The notes under the pieces were generated by a model that saw only the letters and a program-made list of their open reading frames with translations, ran no database searches and had not been told where the DNA came from. A stretch of DNA of 64,000 nt, taken from NCBI GenBank assembly GCA_045221335.1, contig JBGUWS010000023.1:16987-80986 (forward strand). The letters run 5' to 3'. Shown one piece after another: positions 1 to 9,577 of this stretch (position 1 is the first letter of the stretch; each line of letters begins with the position of its first letter). Source of the stretch: Alphaproteobacteria bacterium. Its GTDB lineage: Bacteria; Pseudomonadota; Alphaproteobacteria; RF32; CAG-239. The position numbers and the translations under genes were made by a program.

Positions 1-1
1 A

Positions 2-1480
2 TATCTTCCTCTTGGTTTGGTATGGTTGTATTTGATTATAACGGCAGTTTTTTATTCGTTGGCAGCTGTTTATTTTCCGACGCAAAATGGTGATAATATT
101 GAGCATATCCATACCAGTTTTTTAGTAGCATTAGGACAAGTTCCGTATCGAGATTTTTTCCAGCACCATAATCCTCTTTTATGGTATATTTTTGCTCCTG
201 TTGTGAAAGTATTTGCCTACAATACAACAATTGCAGAGGTTTTATGTTTTATATCGTTGTTGTTTTTTCTGAAATCACTGATTTATGTTTATCGGATAGT
301 CAGTGAATTTTTGGCAGATAAATTTTGGGCTTTGGTGGCAACCGTTATTTTGGCATATCCTGGAGTAAAGCTTTATGCTGTTGATTTTAGGCCGGATAAT
401 TATATGGTTTTTTGTCTTACCGGTGGTTTGTACTATTATTTTAAGTATCTTAAATATCAGGAAAGAAAAAGCTTGGTTATTGCTTTTATCTTTTTCTTTT
501 TATCTTTTATGTTTGCACAAAAGGCCATTTTTCCTTTGGCGATATTGGGAGTAACCGGAATTTATTTTTGGGTCACAAATCAGATCAAAACAAGGGATAT
601 GTTGTCAGCTCTTATCTTTCCTATTGTCGGGTTGATTTTGTTTTTATTGTATTTGTGGCACTATGATATGGTAAAACTTTATTTTGTTTGTAACTATACC
701 TTTAATCTCAATTTGGCTAGAGGCTTTGAGATGACACGGGTGGTTAATGTGCCTCAATATGTGAAGTTTGTTTTTTTATTTGGGTGGTTGGGTATTTTAT
801 ATTTTTGTTTGCACAGACAGCGGTATTTAGGAGTTTTGGCCTTGTTGTTTGTTAGTGAGTTTATACAACGTCGATTTTATTTTTCTCCATATCCTTATTA
901 TTATTGGTTGCTTCAATATTTAGCCGTGCTCTGTGCTTGTCCTGTTTTACATGGTATTAGTGACAAAATTAGGATTAAATTTCCAATTTTAGAAACGGGT
1001 TTTATGGTTGGTTTTTTGTGGCTTTTGTATAGTTCTTTATGTGGTTATTATAATATGTATCAATATAGTAAAGAGCGCCCATATCTTCCGGATTATGTAA
1101 CAAGGCAGATTACACCATGTGATTATGTGTTTAATGGTGATGGTATGATGTATAATATATTTGGTAAAGATCCAGCGTATTATTGGCAGCTTATCGGGCA
1201 ACTTGATGTCATCGGTGAAGAAGTGGGATTACAACCTATGCCAGATATGAATATGTTGATAAAAAAGCATTTACCAAAATTTGTATTTGGTCGTAGTTAT
1301 TTTAATAAGTTTTCAAGCGAGAGTGGCAAACGGAAGATAGTGCATTATATTGATGAGAATTTGCTTGATGAATATTATGATAAAACAATGTTTGTACCTA
1401 TTTATCAGCTAAAAGAAAAATATAGCAATAGAAAGTGTCAAAAAGATTTGTACACCGGTCAGTGGAATTATGTTGATTAG
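2..1480 (+). CDS. polytopic inner-membrane protein (GT-C-like?), 5' partial; frame stays open to the window edge and the listed 'M' at 17 is a TTG
   Basis: 487-aa ORF with ~10 hydrophobic segments and a C-terminal soluble part. No stop occurs upstream in frame. No family recognised with confidence. Confidence 0.55.
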   Translation, partial: YLPLGLVWLYLIITAVFYSLAAVYFPTQNGDNIEHIHTSFLVALGQVPYRDFFQHHNPLLWYIFAPVVKVFAYNTTIAEVLCFISLLFFLKSLIYVYRIVSEFLADKFWALVATVILAYPGVKLYAVDFRPDNYMVFCLTGGLYYYFKYLKYQERKSLVIAFIFFFLSFMFAQKAIFPLAILGVTGIYFWVTNQIKTRDMLSALIFPIVGLILFLLYLWHYDMVKLYFVCNYTFNLNLARGFEMTRVVNVPQYVKFVFLFGWLGILYFCLHRQRYLGVLALLFVSEFIQRRFYFSPYPYYYWLLQYLAVLCACPVLHGISDKIRIKFPILETGFMVGFLWLLYSSLCGYYNMYQYSKERPYLPDYVTRQITPCDYVFNGDGMMYNIFGKDPAYYWQLIGQLDVIGEEVGLQPMPDMNMLIKKHLPKFVFGRSYFNKFSSESGKRKIVHYIDENLLDEYYDKTMFVPIYQLKEKYSNRKCQKDLYTGQWNYVD

Positions 1481-1548
1481 GTTGATGTTAAATAAGTTTT
1501 AAATAACACGTGTTATTGTCATAAGGAATTTATTGTTGGAGTTGTGTC

Positions 1549-2223
1549 ATGGCTGAAAAAAAACAGAGAAGTGCGATTTTTAAATTCTTTTATATAATAC
1601 TGACCATTATTACTTTTCCAGTGTTTTTATTGATGTTTATTTTGCGTCATCCTATATGGTTGTTATTTATTATTTTGATATGTGTGGGGGCAGTGATATA
1701 TTGGCCGATGAGTCAAAATGTGGCGCTTGAGGATATTACATCTTGGTATCAAAAAAAATATACGCAGGCAAAACATGATCTTGTTATCAAAGCTGTAGAA
1801 ACAGGTAAAGTCGATTTGCTACCTAAATCTATTGTTAGAGAAGTCAAAAAAATGGAAGAAGATGCACGCGAAGATCAGATGCCTAAGAGCGAGAACTATA
1901 ATAAAAAAGTTGTACGTGATGTGAAATCAGAGGAGATGAAGGCTCAGATAAAAAAACGCGGTGGTTTTAAGAAAAAAGAAGCTGATGATGTAAAAAAAGG
2001 TGAGGTCGAAGTTTTATCAGAAAGCGGAACTCAAATTGGCGGTTTGTCGCAGTTAATTAAACAAGAGGACGAAAAAGTTGAGAGTGATACCGAAGAAAAT
2101 AATGTTAAAAATGATAAACAGGAAGTGCAGAGAGCCAATGATAATTCTTTGCCGAATCCTGATGCTCAGGTGGACGATGCTTCGGATAAGACAGAAAATG
2201 ATGCTGAGTTAGATTTGTTCTAG
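1549..2223 (+). CDS. membrane-anchored protein with a Lys/Glu/Asp-rich tail ending ...DKQEV-x31-NDAELDLF
   Basis: ATG at 1549. Two N-terminal TM helices are followed by a charged low-complexity region. The C-terminal ~40 aa are homologous to the tail of the 3377..5590 product. Confidence 0.6.
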   Translation: MAEKKQRSAIFKFFYIILTIITFPVFLLMFILRHPIWLLFIILICVGAVIYWPMSQNVALEDITSWYQKKYTQAKHDLVIKAVETGKVDLLPKSIVREVKKMEEDAREDQMPKSENYNKKVVRDVKSEEMKAQIKKRGGFKKKEADDVKKGEVEVLSESGTQIGGLSQLIKQEDEKVESDTEENNVKNDKQEVQRANDNSLPNPDAQVDDASDKTENDAELDLF

Positions 2224-2436
2224 ATGCTTTATTTTGCTCATGAGTTCATGTAAAACATAAATCCGTAGAGCAGAAGATAAGTTTTTATTTTTGCGTGAGT
2301 TGTCGATTTTAGTAATAAGAGCATTAAGTGGGATTTTTTGCTCTTTTGCCAGTTCAAGTAACAAGGAGTAAAATTCTTCTTCCAGAGATATGCTTGTTGC
2401 GTGTTGGCCGGCGATAAGTACGGAAAATTTTTTCAT
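2209..2436 (-). CDS. small conserved protein (ribbon-helix-helix-like)
   Basis: 75-aa ORF. Its ATG overlaps the sspB stop (TAATG coupling). The family call is from memory only. Confidence 0.45.
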   Translation of the reverse strand: MKKFSVLIAGQHATSISLEEEFYSLLLELAKEQKIPLNALITKIDNSRKNKNLSSALRIYVLHELMSKIKHLEQI

Positions 2437-2900
2437 TATTTTTTCTTCTTAAAACTATCAAAAGATATAATCTGTGCCGTTTCGCCAGATACTTTCCTTT
2501 CCGGCTCAATATCGTCAAGAGAATGAGCATCACCATTTTCGTAAAAAGAGAAACTCAAACCAAACTTTGCATGTGGATCAGCAAAATATGTAATAGCATC
2601 AAATGGAATGACCAAAGTTTGTATTTTTCCTCCGAAACTGAGTTCTACAGAAAAAGAAGTATCTCCTACCACTAAGTTAGAGTATTGATGCTGTAAGACA
2701 ATAGTCATGCTTTCCGGGTATTGAATTTTTAAATCATGGGGGATTACTGTTTCGGGATGATTTGTTTTAAAGGTAATATAAAAATGATTTTCACCGGGTA
2801 AACCTTGTTGTTCAGCGATTTTTAGAGCTTCAACCACAACGTGTTTTAAGGCTTGTTCAATCAATTTATCGTAGTTTATTTCGTTTACAATATCCGTCAT
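2436..2900 (-). CDS. sspB: ClpXP adaptor SspB (alpha-type)
   Basis: Motifs HFYITFKT, MTIVLQHQY, F-DPHAKFGLSF and the C-terminal SFDSFKKKK (ClpX-binding-like) resemble Caulobacter SspB-alpha. Confidence 0.75.
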   Translation of the reverse strand: MTDIVNEINYDKLIEQALKHVVVEALKIAEQQGLPGENHFYITFKTNHPETVIPHDLKIQYPESMTIVLQHQYSNLVVGDTSFSVELSFGGKIQTLVIPFDAITYFADPHAKFGLSFSFYENGDAHSLDDIEPERKVSGETAQIISFDSFKKKK

Positions 2901-2929
2901 TTTTGTTGTACCTTTGTATTTATAAATAA

Positions 2930-3235
2930 GCGGACCGTTCTGTTGCTGGGTGGTCCATCCCCCACTTTAGGCTAACCATAGCCGAAAGGATTTGATTTTG
3001 TTACTTTCGCTAATTAAGCAGCTACGGCAACAGGTGCAAAATTATTATCATTTGCGTTTATTTGATTTGAACCGATAACGGTGGTATCTCACCGAATACA
3101 GCCCACATATCTTTACTATATCTTGTCAAACCTATTTCGCCCCCATAAAATCTGGTGGAGGCGCCGGGTACCGCCCCCGGGTCCAATATATCTATTTCAT
3201 ACGGCTTTTCGTATCAAAGTCTTAAAAATAAGACT
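2930..3235 (-). ncRNA. ssrA: tmRNA (ssrA), circularly permuted two-piece type. Acceptor piece ...CUCCACCA is at + 3154-3161. Coding piece starts GGGGGCGAAAUAGGUUUGACA (revcomp of 3126-3146). Tag ORF is gca aat gat aat aat ttt gca cct gtt gcc gta gct gct taa = ANDNNFAPVAVAA*
   Basis: Read directly on the minus strand: a tRNA-like 3' end with CCA lies upstream of a GGGG... 5' end, followed by an ANDN... tag reading frame ending AA-stop. This segment is also GC-richer than its flanks. Confidence 0.8.
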
Positions 3236-3241
3236 GCATCT

Positions 3242-3270
3242 ATTATAAAGGTTGTTTTTTAAAAATTCAA
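3242..3270 (-). promoter_or_regulatory. sigma70-like promoter for ssrA: TTGAAT-17-TATAAT (minus strand)
   Basis: Revcomp of 3265-3270 is TTGAAT and revcomp of 3242-3247 is TATAAT, with a 17-nt spacer. It sits ~7 nt upstream of the proposed tmRNA 5' end. Confidence 0.5.
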
Positions 3271-3376
3271 GGAGAAATATAGGATTAATTTTTGTTATTA
3301 TACTGTTTTTTAAACGTTTCTTTAGTAATCACTAAGTTATACTTTGGAAGAGATTTAATTATTGGTCGAGGGTAAA

Positions 3377-5590
3377 ATGGATGAAACCACTAATCAGTCT
3401 TTGGTCTTAAAGAAGAAAAGTCGATCCGGTCGTTTTTCGTTTTTGTCTGGTAAGGCAAATTCTTTTAGGGATAAATTGTTTCGCAGTATATATATTTTCC
3501 TTCTTTTTGCGATAGATTTTATAATGTTTATCTATTCTATTAACGGTCGGTTAGTTGAAGATGGTCATTTCAATCAGGCAATTGCAGTTATTTTGGGTTC
3601 GATATTTGCAATATCATTCGTCCTAATTTTGTGTTTGTCTTTTTCTAAGATGTTACAAAATATTGTTTGTGCTGTTGCGACATTGTTTATGGTTGTTGTG
3701 TTTTTTTACCAGTTTGGATTAGGAGACGTTGATAATTTTATAGAAAATTGGCTTAACAAACATGCCAGTTGGTTGACATTTATCTGTTTTATGCCATCGC
3801 CGTGGATGGTTGGGCTTCTTTTTGCCGGACTTATCTTTTTTATGTTTTATTTTTCGGATGCTATTCTGTTTGTGACATTGGTATTGTTATTTTCCGGTAT
3901 TATCGGTGTTCAGAAAAATGAGTTCTTAAAACCACTTGATAGTGAATATCAAGTGACGAAAGAAATGTCGGCAAGACGTAAAAATGATAATGATAAAAAT
4001 ATTGTTTATTTTATGATTCCTAAATTACCGTCATATCAATTCTTAAATAGTGTTAATGATCCAAATTTTCGTGAGCTTAGAGATTTGTTGTTAGGTTTTT
4101 ATGCCTTTAATAATTTTGAAGTTTATCCTAATGCCTTTGTGCAGAAAAATGATGCTATGAGTAATATGATTGATATCTTAAATCAGGTTGATTATACCAG
4201 TACAACCAGTGCCAGTCGTGGGTATTCTGAATTTGTTAATAACTGGGATTTTGTTCATGGTGGATTGGATATTTTGAATTTGGAAGACAGTCGTTTATAT
4301 GATTATTTGCATAGCAATGGTTATGGTGTAAGTATGTACGTTATGCCTGGATTTAATTTCTGTTTTAAGGGAGATGATTATGCTACAGACAGATGTGTTG
4401 TCAAAGGGTATAAAAGTGTTTCCTTATTTAATAAATCTGAGTCTGTTGAACGGAATGTGTATGCGCTTTTGGGTGAATGGGTTTTAAGTTTGCGAAAACG
4501 GAACTTAAAATCATTTGCTAAGATGTTAATCAATATGTCGCCACTTAAAAATATGAAAGTGCTTTCTGAAAATCGTCGTGTTAATATTGAGGGTAGTCCG
4601 GCTGTATTTGATAACTTAGGCAATGATATCCGGCGCGATGTTGGAAGTCAGGTATATTTGGCCTATATAGATTTACCATCAGATGTTTATATTTATGACG
4701 AATATTGTAACCTGAAACCACGTAAAGATTGGGTAGCGCTTAAGGATAACTCTCTCTTTTCTGGAGGAATTGATGAAAAAAGGAAGGCCTATGTTGACCA
4801 AGCAAAGTGTCTTATAGGAAAACTTCAGGAATATATGGGTGATCTTCATGAAAGTGGTAAGACAGGATATACCGATGTTTATATTCAAGGTGTTAGTACG
4901 GCTGTAGAGTTAGCAGGAATGTTAGGTGATTCATATAACCGTTTTGTAGCTGAAAACTTGGTTAATTTAGCTATTCGTAAGGCAGAGTATCCTAAGTTTT
5001 TAATTAATGCTAATGTGTGTTTGGCCAGTGATTTCACAAAGACATTAATTCAATATCAGGATTATTGTTTTAGTTTGGAAAATATTAAGAAGATGAATTC
5101 TGAAGAAGCGTACAGTATGCGACAGAATCTCATTAATAATTCTGTTATCAGAGGTCGTCGAATTTCCAATATCATTGGTAATTACGGTGATTGGTATGAG
5201 CTTTATAGGGCTAATAGTCGTGCTTATGTAGATAAAATGCAAAAACTTAATAAAAATGAAGAAGCACGTGAGGGCGGGACTGCTTTGCGACGAGCTAAGC
5301 AAAGACAAAACCTTGAGGAAGGTGGTGAAAGCCTTGGTTCAAATAATGGTTCTGAGAAGAATATATTTGTTTTGGATGATGATGTTTCTAATGACTTTGA
5401 TATGGCACAAAAACGTCAAAAGGAAGAGGCTTTGCCACAACCGGATAAACTTGATCAAGGTAAAGCACAAGGTGCCTTAAAAGATAAACAAGAGGTATCA
5501 TCCGGTGATGCTTCAAATTCAGGTGATAGAGCGAAAGATAGTCAACAAGGTTCTCAGAAAAATGACGATATAGATTTAGAGTTGTTTTAA
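3377..5590 (+). CDS. large membrane protein: ~5 N-terminal TM helices plus a ~550-aa extracytoplasmic domain, with an acidic tail ending ...DKQEV-x30-NDDIDLELF
   Basis: The ORF track start at 3362 is a TTG; the first ATG is 3377. The topology resembles EptA/LtaS-like enzymes, but no sulfatase motif can be confirmed by eye. Confidence 0.6.
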   Translation: MDETTNQSLVLKKKSRSGRFSFLSGKANSFRDKLFRSIYIFLLFAIDFIMFIYSINGRLVEDGHFNQAIAVILGSIFAISFVLILCLSFSKMLQNIVCAVATLFMVVVFFYQFGLGDVDNFIENWLNKHASWLTFICFMPSPWMVGLLFAGLIFFMFYFSDAILFVTLVLLFSGIIGVQKNEFLKPLDSEYQVTKEMSARRKNDNDKNIVYFMIPKLPSYQFLNSVNDPNFRELRDLLLGFYAFNNFEVYPNAFVQKNDAMSNMIDILNQVDYTSTTSASRGYSEFVNNWDFVHGGLDILNLEDSRLYDYLHSNGYGVSMYVMPGFNFCFKGDDYATDRCVVKGYKSVSLFNKSESVERNVYALLGEWVLSLRKRNLKSFAKMLINMSPLKNMKVLSENRRVNIEGSPAVFDNLGNDIRRDVGSQVYLAYIDLPSDVYIYDEYCNLKPRKDWVALKDNSLFSGGIDEKRKAYVDQAKCLIGKLQEYMGDLHESGKTGYTDVYIQGVSTAVELAGMLGDSYNRFVAENLVNLAIRKAEYPKFLINANVCLASDFTKTLIQYQDYCFSLENIKKMNSEEAYSMRQNLINNSVIRGRRISNIIGNYGDWYELYRANSRAYVDKMQKLNKNEEAREGGTALRRAKQRQNLEEGGESLGSNNGSEKNIFVLDDDVSNDFDMAQKRQKEEALPQPDKLDQGKAQGALKDKQEVSSGDASNSGDRAKDSQQGSQKNDDIDLELF

Positions 5591-5683
5591 AATAAAACGG
5601 TTAATTACTGATTAAACGCTTGTCAGTGATGTAAAAGTGTGTTATTGCTTTTTTATGGTGAAGCAATAAAACTAAGAAGATTT

Positions 5684-6679
5684 ATGAAATTAGATAAGTA
5701 CATTCATAATAAAAGGGCAAGAGCGGCATTTTATGTGTTGTTTTTTTTGTTGGGCTTTTCTTTTTTAGCTGAGATTATAGCCAATGATAAGCCTATTGTC
5801 TTAAAATATCAGGGAGAGTACTTCTTTCCTATTTTTAAGGTGTACACAGATGCTCGCTTTGGTGGAGATTTTCCGACAGAGGCAAATTATAAAGATCCGT
5901 TTGTTCGTGAGAACATAGAGGAGGATGGTTTCATGATTATGCCATTGATTGAATTTTCTTATAATACGGTTGATTATGAGCTTAATGCACCATTTCCTGC
6001 ACCTCCATCGTTAAGGCATTGGTTAGGAACAGATGAAGAGGGGCGTGATATTGTTTCAAGGTTGCTATACGGTATCCGATTATCATTCTTGTTTGCCTTT
6101 TTGTTGACACTATTTTCCTCTGCTATAGGGATATTTGTGGGGGCTATCCAGGGGTATTTTGGCGGCAAAACAGATATTATTTTGCAACGTATCATTGAAA
6201 TTTGGGATTCGATGCCGCAAATGTTTGTGCTGATTATTGTTGCTAGCATTTTTGCTCCAAGTTTTCTGACCTTGCTGATTATTTTGTTGTTTTTTTCTTG
6301 GACAGAGTTGACCGGAATGGTCAGAGCAGAGTTTCTACGGGCACGTCAGTTTGAGTATGTTAAGGCAGCGAGAGCTATTGGAGTTGGTCATTTTAGGATT
6401 ATGTTACGGCATATTTTACCTAATGCTTTAGTTACAACGGTTACTTTTGTGCCGTTTATTTTAGCCGGAGGAATTGTGGCTTTGACAGCTTTAGATTTCT
6501 TGGGTTTAGGTTTAGGACATGATTATCCTTCATTAGGAGATTTGGTACGGCAAGGTAAAGATAATTTACAGGCTCCATGGATAGGATTGAGCATATTCTT
6601 TTTGCTTGCTATGGTTTTAAGTGCTTTGATTTTTATTGGCGAAGGCGTTCGTGATGCCATGGATAAGAGGAAAAGATGA
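5684..6679 (+). CDS. yejE: ABC transporter permease, peptide/opine type (YejE-like)
   Basis: BPD-transporter permease signature and hydrophobic profile. ATG at 5684; the track start at 5639 is a GTG. Confidence 0.8.
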   Translation: MKLDKYIHNKRARAAFYVLFFLLGFSFLAEIIANDKPIVLKYQGEYFFPIFKVYTDARFGGDFPTEANYKDPFVRENIEEDGFMIMPLIEFSYNTVDYELNAPFPAPPSLRHWLGTDEEGRDIVSRLLYGIRLSFLFAFLLTLFSSAIGIFVGAIQGYFGGKTDIILQRIIEIWDSMPQMFVLIIVASIFAPSFLTLLIILLFFSWTELTGMVRAEFLRARQFEYVKAARAIGVGHFRIMLRHILPNALVTTVTFVPFILAGGIVALTALDFLGLGLGHDYPSLGDLVRQGKDNLQAPWIGLSIFFLLAMVLSALIFIGEGVRDAMDKRKR

Positions 6680-8268
6680 CAGAACCAATATTGACAGTTC
6701 ATAGCTTAAATGTTCGCTTTTTACGGGAAGGCGGTGGCTGGCATTCTGCCGTTTATAATAGTAGTTTTGAGGTGAATTCCGGTGAAGTTCTTGCGATTGT
6801 GGGAGAATCTGGTTCAGGTAAGTCTGTAACGGCCTTATCTTTGATGGGATTGGTTGATGCAAATAAAGTGCTATATCAAGGAACTAACTCTATTTCGTTT
6901 AAAGGGCGCGAATTAACATCTTTTAGTGAAGAAGAATGGCAGAAGCTTCGCGGAAATGAAATCAGTATTATCTTTCAGGAACCAATGAGTTCTCTTAATC
7001 CTCTGCAAACAGTGGGACAACAAATTGCGGAAGTTATTCGTGTTCATAAACAAGTATCTGCACAAAAGGCGAAGGCACGAGCCAGATATTTACTTAAGCT
7101 TGTTGGAATTGATAATCCTTCGGAACGTATGAGATCTTATCCCTTTGAATTATCCGGAGGTCAAAGGCAACGAGTTATGATTGCTATGGCGGTAGCTAAT
7201 AGTCCAAAAGTTTTAATTGCGGATGAACCGACAACAGCTCTTGATGTTACCGTGCAGAAGCAAATTTTGGATTTGATATTAAATCTTAAAGATAAGCTTA
7301 ATATGGCAGTTGTTTTTATCTCTCATGATTTGAATATTGTGCGTCGTATTGCAAATAGGGTTATCGTGATGAGGCAGGGGGTAATTGTAGAGGAAGGCAG
7401 TGTCGGTAATATTTTTAACGTGCCGTCTCATCCCTATACCAAAGAATTGTTGGCTGCTTTTCGTGATATTTCATCGCAAGATGATTTTGTTTCGCATAAG
7501 GTTATGGAGGCACGCCATATTACGGTCAAATTTCCGTTGAAAAAGAATTTATTTGGCAAGACAATTAAAAGTATTGCGGCCGTTGATGATGTTTCTTTGT
7601 CTCTTTATAGAGGAAAGACTTTAGGCTTGGTTGGAGAATCCGGGTCAGGAAAAACAACATTGGGAATGTGTTTGGCTAATTTAATCAAATATCAGGGAGA
7701 AATTTTGACGGCGAAATCTGTTCATATTCAAAATGAAAAGGATTTCCGTAAAAATGTGCAAGTTGTCTTTCAGGATCCCTATAACTCTCTTAATCCACGT
7801 CTTAAAATTATAGATATTGTTGGAGAGGGGATTAAGGTTCATTTTCCGCACTTATCTCTTACCGAAGTTAGGGAAAAAGTTCGTAAAGTATTGATTGATG
7901 TCGGTCTTGATCAAGAGGATATTTTGGATTTATATCCACATGAATTTTCCGGTGGGCAGAGACAGAGAATCGCTATTGCGCGGGCACTTGCCGTTGAACC
8001 GAAAATTATTGTTTTAGATGAACCCACATCGGCTTTAGATGTTACTGTTCAGGCAACGATTATTAAACTTTTAAAGCGTATTCAAAAAGAGACGGGAATC
8101 GCCTATCTATTTATTTCTCATGATATGCGAGCCATAAGATCGATATCTCATGAAGTGGCTGTTATGTATAATGGGAGGATTATTGAAACCGGTTTGGTTG
8201 ATGAGGTCTTTAATCATCCTTTGTCGAATTATACACGAGAGCTTATTAGTGCCTCAATGTTATCATGA
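6676..8268 (+). CDS. yejF: ABC transporter ATP-binding protein with duplicated ATPase domains (YejF-like)
   Basis: Two Walker A motifs (GESGSGKS and GESGSGKT) and two LSGGQRQR signatures. ATG at 6676 overlaps the upstream stop (ATGA). Confidence 0.9.
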   Translation: MTEPILTVHSLNVRFLREGGGWHSAVYNSSFEVNSGEVLAIVGESGSGKSVTALSLMGLVDANKVLYQGTNSISFKGRELTSFSEEEWQKLRGNEISIIFQEPMSSLNPLQTVGQQIAEVIRVHKQVSAQKAKARARYLLKLVGIDNPSERMRSYPFELSGGQRQRVMIAMAVANSPKVLIADEPTTALDVTVQKQILDLILNLKDKLNMAVVFISHDLNIVRRIANRVIVMRQGVIVEEGSVGNIFNVPSHPYTKELLAAFRDISSQDDFVSHKVMEARHITVKFPLKKNLFGKTIKSIAAVDDVSLSLYRGKTLGLVGESGSGKTTLGMCLANLIKYQGEILTAKSVHIQNEKDFRKNVQVVFQDPYNSLNPRLKIIDIVGEGIKVHFPHLSLTEVREKVRKVLIDVGLDQEDILDLYPHEFSGGQRQRIAIARALAVEPKIIVLDEPTSALDVTVQATIIKLLKRIQKETGIAYLFISHDMRAIRSISHEVAVMYNGRIIETGLVDEVFNHPLSNYTRELISASMLS

Positions 8269-8345
8269 TGTGAGATTGTTTTTGTTTGAGAGATGTAAAT
8301 TATGCTTGCAAAATATTGTATATAAGAATATATCTTAAGCCGTGT

Positions 8346-8422
8346 GGCGGCGTAGCTCATCAGGATAGAGCAACAGTTTCCTAAACTGTGGGTAGTGGGT
8401 TCGAGTCCCGCCGCTGCCACCA
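8346..8422 (+). tRNA. tRNA-Arg (anticodon CCT)
   Basis: Cloverleaf read by eye. Acceptor GGCGGCG/CGCTGCC with one G-U pair. D-arm GCTC-ATCAGGATA-GAGC. Anticodon stem ACAGT/ACTGT with loop TTCCTAA. T-arm GTGGG-TTCGAGT-CCCGC. Discriminator A and an encoded CCA. Confidence 0.85.
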
Positions 8423-8566
8423 TTTTTGCTTTTACTTCAGTTTTATGTAAGAAAATTAAAATGGAGCTTTTTGTTTCTTATGTTGGCGCTTTTTTGTTGC
8501 TTTGGTTGTAAAGTTATGTTATAATTCTTGTATAAAGTAAAGTAATTCTTTTTGGGAGACCGTGTT

Positions 8567-9577
8567 ATGGCAGCCTTTTCTGAAGATTTTCTACGGTTTT
8601 TATATGCTAACTATCCGGATGATTATCGTCGTGCTTCAACTGGTGATGTCTCGGAAGGTGTCGTTAATGCGATTATGTTAAAGCATGAGTATCACTATCA
8701 AGTTTGGAAAAATGTTCCGGAATGGATTAAGAATCGTTATGGTGATAGGTTACCGAGAGATGTTTTGAATGGTAATGAAACTGCGCAGGATTTTGTATTA
8801 AAAGAGACAGGCAAAAAAGAAAAAGAACAAGAGTACACTGAGGAAGTTATAGGTTTTAGTGTTACAATGTTGGCCTTGGGTTATACGGCAGAAACTGCTT
8901 CTGCGCTTATGGAAAACAGAGCCCTACGTGAGAGTTTGTTGCGTGATGCTATCGGTGGGGAACTGACAGAAGAACAGATGAGACAGTGGCTTGAAAGCCG
9001 CGGTAAGGACATTATAGCGATCACGGAAGATTGGAAGAAAAATCAACCAGAAAAGTATTTAGTGCATGTTGCTAAAGCTCTTAGTCGTGAAAAGTTACGT
9101 TGTGAACGCGCAGGAAATGATGCCGATAAAGCCGCTTCTGAAATGAAGATTAGTGCATTAGAGCGTGAGCTTGCTAGTGTTATGCAGAATTTGAATACAA
9201 GAGAACAGAAAATGTGCATGGTTGATTACTTGCGGCAAAAACCTCAACAGGCAGCTTTGCGGCATTTGCGTCCGGATGTACTTAGTGAGTTTATGGTACA
9301 GATGAAAAAGAAAGGTATTGCGATTGAGCCGGTTGATGCTTCTCTTAAAAAAGAGTACGACATGTTTAACTTTAATAATTTAACAGAAGGTTTGAAGAGA
9401 GATTTTGCGCGTATGAAAAAGCAAGGAACTATCTTTAATGATGCTTTTAAACGTGGTGAATCTGATTTTAAACGGGCATCTGTAGGTGCTATTTTAGATG
9501 GAAGGAATAATGGTGGTGTTGCAAAGATTGTTCCTCTAAAACAACGCGCTCATTCAAAACAAAAAGTGCGAGCTTAA
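8567..9577 (+). CDS. hypothetical protein (no recognisable domain)
   Basis: 341-aa ORF with GGGAGAC as a Shine-Dalgarno sequence before the ATG at 8567. It lies directly downstream of tRNA-Arg and its GC is slightly higher than neighbouring genes. Confidence 0.55.
   Translation: MAAFSEDFLRFLYANYPDDYRRASTGDVSEGVVNAIMLKHEYHYQVWKNVPEWIKNRYGDRLPRDVLNGNETAQDFVLKETGKKEKEQEYTEEVIGFSVTMLALGYTAETASALMENRALRESLLRDAIGGELTEEQMRQWLESRGKDIIAITEDWKKNQPEKYLVHVAKALSREKLRCERAGNDADKAASEMKISALERELASVMQNLNTREQKMCMVDYLRQKPQQAALRHLRPDVLSEFMVQMKKKGIAIEPVDASLKKEYDMFNFNNLTEGLKRDFARMKKQGTIFNDAFKRGESDFKRASVGAILDGRNNGGVAKIVPLKQRAHSKQKVRA

Noticed and set aside
4378-5480. Small ORFs inside or antisense to the 742-aa gene (4378..4623, 4679..4888, 5045..5308, 5256..5480)
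   Set aside because: They are embedded in or antisense to a long, well-supported ORF and are AT-rich low-complexity translations with no Shine-Dalgarno sequence.
8229-8423. 64-aa minus-strand ORF
   Set aside because: It lies exactly antisense to the tRNA-Arg gene and is a translation artefact of the tRNA sequence.
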